From the IMG/VR virus record IMGVR_UViG_3300030109_001599, positions 1 to 28,091 of that record: a stretch of 28,091 nucleotides of DNA; one strand, written 5' to 3'. The DNA comes from a virus (Duplodnaviria; Caudoviricetes). A model generated the notes under the pieces. It saw nothing but the letters and a program-made list of their open reading frames with translations. It had not been told where the DNA came from and searched no databases. This document shows, piece after piece, positions 25,205 to 28,091 of the stretch; within the stretch, counting starts at the first letter, position 1, and the number at the start of each line of letters is the position of its first letter. Both the position numbers and the translations under genes were made by a program.

Positions 25205-25331
25205 ACGTGCATTACCCATCATACTATTACTATTAGCTTTATCAGTTACTGTAGTGTTTATGTATGATATACTTAATTCTACGTTACATAACGTAGCTTG
25301 TAGAACGGACTGTTACACGAAAGGAGAGTGA
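25191..25331 (+). CDS. Small single-TM protein (46 aa)
   Basis: Not in ORF track. RBS AAGGAGG; MKHLERALPIILLLLALSVTVVFMYDILNSTLHNVACRTDCYTKGE. Confidence 0.6.
   Translation: MKHLERALPIILLLLALSVTVVFMYDILNSTLHNVACRTDCYTKGE
25265..25296 (+). promoter_or_regulatory. Extended -10 promoter plus palindrome copy 4
   Basis: TG-A-TATACT (25265-25273) then CTACGTTA-CA-TAACGTAG (25279-25296). Confidence 0.45.
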
Positions 25332-25333
25332 AG

Positions 25334-25525
25334 ATGAGTGAAAAATATAGGGTAGTTAGAACAACTACAGATCACGCAAACATAGAAGCTGACAAAGTTT
25401 CTGATTTATCAGCTTTATATTCCAATGGTACCGTTGACGAGGTCTGTTCTGATGCTTTTCATTCAACTGTCAAATATTCTGTTTTTGATTCTGACGGACG
25501 AATTGTTTTTCAAACAGAAGCATAG
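25334..25525 (+). CDS. Small hypothetical protein
   Basis: ATG within family C repeat, 7 nt after GGAG. Confidence 0.7.
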   Translation: MSEKYRVVRTTTDHANIEADKVSDLSALYSNGTVDEVCSDAFHSTVKYSVFDSDGRIVFQTEA

Positions 25526-25537
25526 GGGAGAGTGAAA

Positions 25538-25786
25538 ATGAATGAGTTGATAAAGGCAAACGTTAAGTATGAGATTTGCATTAACAAGCTAAAAGCAATA
25601 CAAGCTTGTTGCGAAACTGGTAATTCTTTAATCCCTTGTATAGAACCTCGGGATGTTAAAAGAATAAGAAAGGACTGCAATTGTCCTCACATGACGAACG
25701 TGGAAGTTGGTTTTGTTATGGGTTTACGAGAGAAAGCAGACAGCATCATGGCAATAATTAAAAGAAAGGAGAGTGAAGATGATTGA
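25538..25786 (+). CDS. Small Cys-rich hypothetical protein
   Basis: ATG within family C repeat; six Cys. Confidence 0.7.
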   Translation: MNELIKANVKYEICINKLKAIQACCETGNSLIPCIEPRDVKRIRKDCNCPHMTNVEVGFVMGLREKADSIMAIIKRKESEDD

Positions 25787-26219
25787 TCTAATCGAGATTG
25801 ATGAACAGGGGGATTGGGTATCCCTAACAACGTTAGATGGTCGACAGATTGATTTGAATATCTGGAGGACTGAAGAGAACCATATCCTAATTACTTTTTA
25901 TCCTACAAAACCATCTAAGGACGATCCTAACGTACTAGTAACAGTCGCAGATAAATGGTTTGGTAGTTTTGATTTGACGGAGAAAATGAATAGTACGAAA
26001 GTACTTACTGCTCCTGCTCACATTAAGATTGACCTCTTGCAGAATGGAACTATTAAAGACACCAAAGAAGCTAGGTTGAAACAAGGCTTTGGGTTCTTAG
26101 ATTTGTTGCACTGGGACTTTGTTCTTTATGTAAATAGATCGGGAGAGTTTGTAGCACTAGACTTTTACAACATCAAAACACAAGAATACTTAAAAGGAAA
26201 GGAGAGTGAAGATGAGTGA
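25779..26219 (+). CDS. Hypothetical protein
   Basis: ATG within family C repeat; 146 aa. Confidence 0.7.
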   Translation: MIDLIEIDEQGDWVSLTTLDGRQIDLNIWRTEENHILITFYPTKPSKDDPNVLVTVADKWFGSFDLTEKMNSTKVLTAPAHIKIDLLQNGTIKDTKEARLKQGFGFLDLLHWDFVLYVNRSGEFVALDFYNIKTQEYLKGKESEDE

Positions 26220-26361
26220 ATACGAAGTAAAACCTCGTGCAGAAGTCGAGAGACTTCTGGTTAAGTTTATCGAAGAAAATAAAATTTACGCTCAGTATGG
26301 GAAAGATACTGAGGGTCTGTTAGTTGTACATTTTTTAGTTGAAGAGGAGAAAGGAGAGTGA
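26212..26361 (+). CDS. Small hypothetical protein (49 aa)
   Basis: Not in ORF track. Starts and stops within family C repeats; MSEYEVKPRAEVERLLVKFIEENKIYAQYGKDTEGLLVVHFLVEEEKGE. Confidence 0.7.
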   Translation: MSEYEVKPRAEVERLLVKFIEENKIYAQYGKDTEGLLVVHFLVEEEKGE

Positions 26362-26363
26362 AG

Positions 26364-26660
26364 ATGGATGAACTAGTAGCATTTATTAAACGAGCAGTAA
26401 AGCAGTTGGTTGTGTATGTGGTAATAATTTTTACCACGCTACAGTTTGCAAGGTTTGATCTTGCGTACTGTTACCCTGCACACCAACCATTCCCAACAGA
26501 AGCATACCTATGGCTCATGTGTTTAGGAGCTAGTATTCTTATTGCAGGTAAATTGGCGTGGGATCAGATTAAACCTAACAACCTGTTAGTTGGAGGAAAA
26601 CTAGCATCAATAACAACGTCCACAAGAAGTGTACGTAGAAGAAAAGGAGAACAACTATGA
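26364..26660 (+). CDS. Small membrane protein (2 TM)
   Basis: Two hydrophobic segments; start in family C repeat, stop in family D repeat. Confidence 0.7.
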   Translation: MDELVAFIKRAVKQLVVYVVIIFTTLQFARFDLAYCYPAHQPFPTEAYLWLMCLGASILIAGKLAWDQIKPNNLLVGGKLASITTSTRSVRRRKGEQL

Positions 26661-27022
26661 GTAGATCACATCCTATCTGGATTAACGTACAGGATTTCAA
26701 CACCTACAGAACTAGTAAAAGTTTTGGTGGTAAGAAATCTCTACACCTTGAAGTACGTGTGGGTACATCAGGTACAAACTCGCATCATTTTTGCAATATA
26801 GAGATTCATCGTGAGTCACATCAGCCAATCCCATTGAGCTACGATCAACATGACTACAGGTTTAGACAATACGGAGAAAAAACAGGAGCAAAATTTACGC
26901 TGTACATAGATGGACACGAGTACAAGGCAGCCGTAGTAACAGATAAAAAAGAGTACGTTCCTGAGCGTGAAGTAGTAACCACGTTGAGTAGCGATGGACA
27001 ATTAATCAGACTAGATAAGTAA
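26657..27022 (+). CDS. Hypothetical phage protein
   Basis: 121 aa, MSRSHPIW...SKSFG...VGTS..NSH.F. Confidence 0.75.
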   Translation: MSRSHPIWINVQDFNTYRTSKSFGGKKSLHLEVRVGTSGTNSHHFCNIEIHRESHQPIPLSYDQHDYRFRQYGEKTGAKFTLYIDGHEYKAAVVTDKKEYVPEREVVTTLSSDGQLIRLDK

Positions 27023-27033
27023 AGGAGAACAAC

Positions 27034-27255
27034 ATGGATAAAGAACTAGTAACCGAAGAAGAAAGAACAGAAGTCTACGAGTATCTAACACAACTTCGTG
27101 CTTCTGAAGACGCACCCAACATGATGGAAGCTCCAATGTATTTACGAGCAGAATTTGGCTTTGATAAATACACAGCAAAAACATTAGCATCAGACTGGAG
27201 GAAATGGTTTTCCGAACAGCCAGATGAAACCATTAGAGCAATCGAAAATAAGTAA
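27034..27255 (+). CDS. Small conserved helical phage protein
   Basis: 73 aa, YL..LR.S...NM..A..YL..EFG pattern. Confidence 0.75.
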   Translation: MDKELVTEEERTEVYEYLTQLRASEDAPNMMEAPMYLRAEFGFDKYTAKTLASDWRKWFSEQPDETIRAIENK

Positions 27256-27267
27256 AGGAGAACAACT

Positions 27268-27468
27268 ATGAGTATTGAAAACTGTTGTATATGTGGTGAG
27301 AACATGGCTAAGAAAGCACATGATCCAAGTTGGACACTAGGCAATAACGCAGGTGGGACTGACCCTAGTACGTGGCGGTTTAAACATGGTAAATGTTGTG
27401 ATGACTGCAACAAACACGTCGTCCTACCAGAAAGATTTATGAACATTAGAAAAGGAGAACAACTATGA
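27268..27468 (+). CDS. Small zinc-finger-like protein
   Basis: CCIC ... GNNA ... CCDDCN..VVLP.R. Confidence 0.7.
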   Translation: MSIENCCICGENMAKKAHDPSWTLGNNAGGTDPSTWRFKHGKCCDDCNKHVVLPERFMNIRKGEQL

Positions 27469-28091
27469 TAAAAAAGAAAACCATGAATTACAATGAAGCT
27501 AGGGACTATGCGTACGCAAGTATTCTAACCCCTAGACTTGAGCATCAAGAGTATTCCCCAGTAGCTTTTATTTTTGTTGGGCTTATGGGTACTGCCAAGA
27601 GTGCTATGCTTAAAGAGGTAGCTGACATACTTGTAGCAAAGCACGGGTACGTTAAATCTTCGTTTGATCTCTCTGTTAGTAACTCAGCTAGTGTAGCTGG
27701 CCCAACTGTTGACAAAGAATCAGGGCAGTGGGTAGAAGTACCCAACAAGCAAACCAAAGTGTCAAACACTAATTGCTATGGTGTAGAGGGATCGAAACCT
27801 GTTATTGTTTGCCGTGAAGAAGTAGGTAAAGCTGACCTGCCTTTCATACGAGCGTTTGCCAGAGAATCATACGACAAGATGGCAGGCTCAACGCAATACC
27901 CAGAGAACAGTGCTTTTCTGGGTACATCAAACCTAGCATCAGAAGACTTGGGAGATGCCATACCTAATAATCTCAGGAATCGTGTTTGTATTATTGAGGT
28001 ATCGGCTAATGCTGATGTATCGCTACAGTATGCTATCTCTATGAAGTGGGAGTCTGAGTTGATTGCAACTATGAGCTTTGTCAAAGATGAA
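27465..28091 (+). CDS. MoxR-like AAA+ ATPase (partial, runs off right edge)
   Basis: Not in ORF track. Open to window end; FIFVGLMGTAKS (Walker A-like), PVIVCREEVGK (Walker B-like), GTSN sensor 1, LRNR arginine finger. Confidence 0.7.
   Translation, partial: MIKKKTMNYNEARDYAYASILTPRLEHQEYSPVAFIFVGLMGTAKSAMLKEVADILVAKHGYVKSSFDLSVSNSASVAGPTVDKESGQWVEVPNKQTKVSNTNCYGVEGSKPVIVCREEVGKADLPFIRAFARESYDKMAGSTQYPENSAFLGTSNLASEDLGDAIPNNLRNRVCIIEVSANADVSLQYAISMKWESELIATMSFVKDE

Larger units (their letters stand above)
25319..26366 (+). repeat. Junction motif family C: GGAGAGTGAA(G/A)ATG (5 copies)
   Basis: Copies at 25323, 25527, 25768, 26201 and 26353; 24-nt identity between 25319-25342 and 26197-26220. 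Confidence 0.85.
26640..27468 (+). repeat. Junction motif family D: AAAGGAGAACAAC(T)ATG (4 copies)
   Basis: Copies at 26643, 27021, 27254 and 27451; 21-nt identity between 26640-26660 and 27448-27468. Confidence 0.85.

Noticed and set aside
25319-27468. CRISPR array or integron attC array
   Set aside because: Spacing is irregular (about 150-430 nt) and filled with genes; repeats are non-palindromic RBS motifs; no cas or integrase genes.
21905-28084. Minus-strand ORFs in the early block (21905, 23083, 23157, 23760, 24390, 26816, 27075, 27545, 27776)
   Set aside because: Antisense to RBS-bearing plus-strand genes; poly-Leu/Cys runs derive from the CAA/CAG microsatellite.
1-28091. tRNA genes, integrase/att site, alternative genetic code
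   Set aside because: No cloverleaf or recombinase recognised by eye; genes are intact under the standard code and use all three stop codons.

Overview
About 28 kb of an AT-rich tailed dsDNA phage genome (Caudoviricetes, podovirus-like, resembling abundant uncultured aquatic phages that carry GroES in the head module). Positions 1-21529 form one minus-strand late block. In transcription order it holds the putative small terminase, large terminase, portal, a small conserved ORF, GroES, scaffold, two head ORFs and the major capsid protein. These are followed by a cluster of very basic small proteins, adaptor/tail proteins, tail fibres, holin plus M15 endolysin and a truncated tail-hub gene. A divergent control region (21530-21950) is followed by a plus-strand early block of about 20 short ORFs ending in a truncated MoxR-like AAA+ ATPase. 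No integrase, tRNA, CRISPR array or transposase was seen. The most interesting signals are non-coding. (1) A ~100-nt promoter-to-terminator unit (candidate sRNA) carries an anti-Shine-Dalgarno segment complementary to the early-gene junctions. (2) Early genes are joined by four families of near-identical RBS/stop/start repeats, like a cassette array. (3) A ~290-bp element has at least five inverted-repeat pairs on one symmetry axis (origin-like). (4) A palindrome CGTTA-N-TAACG recurs four times. (5) A candidate RNA pseudoknot follows the capsid gene. All family names come from motif recognition, not from database searches.
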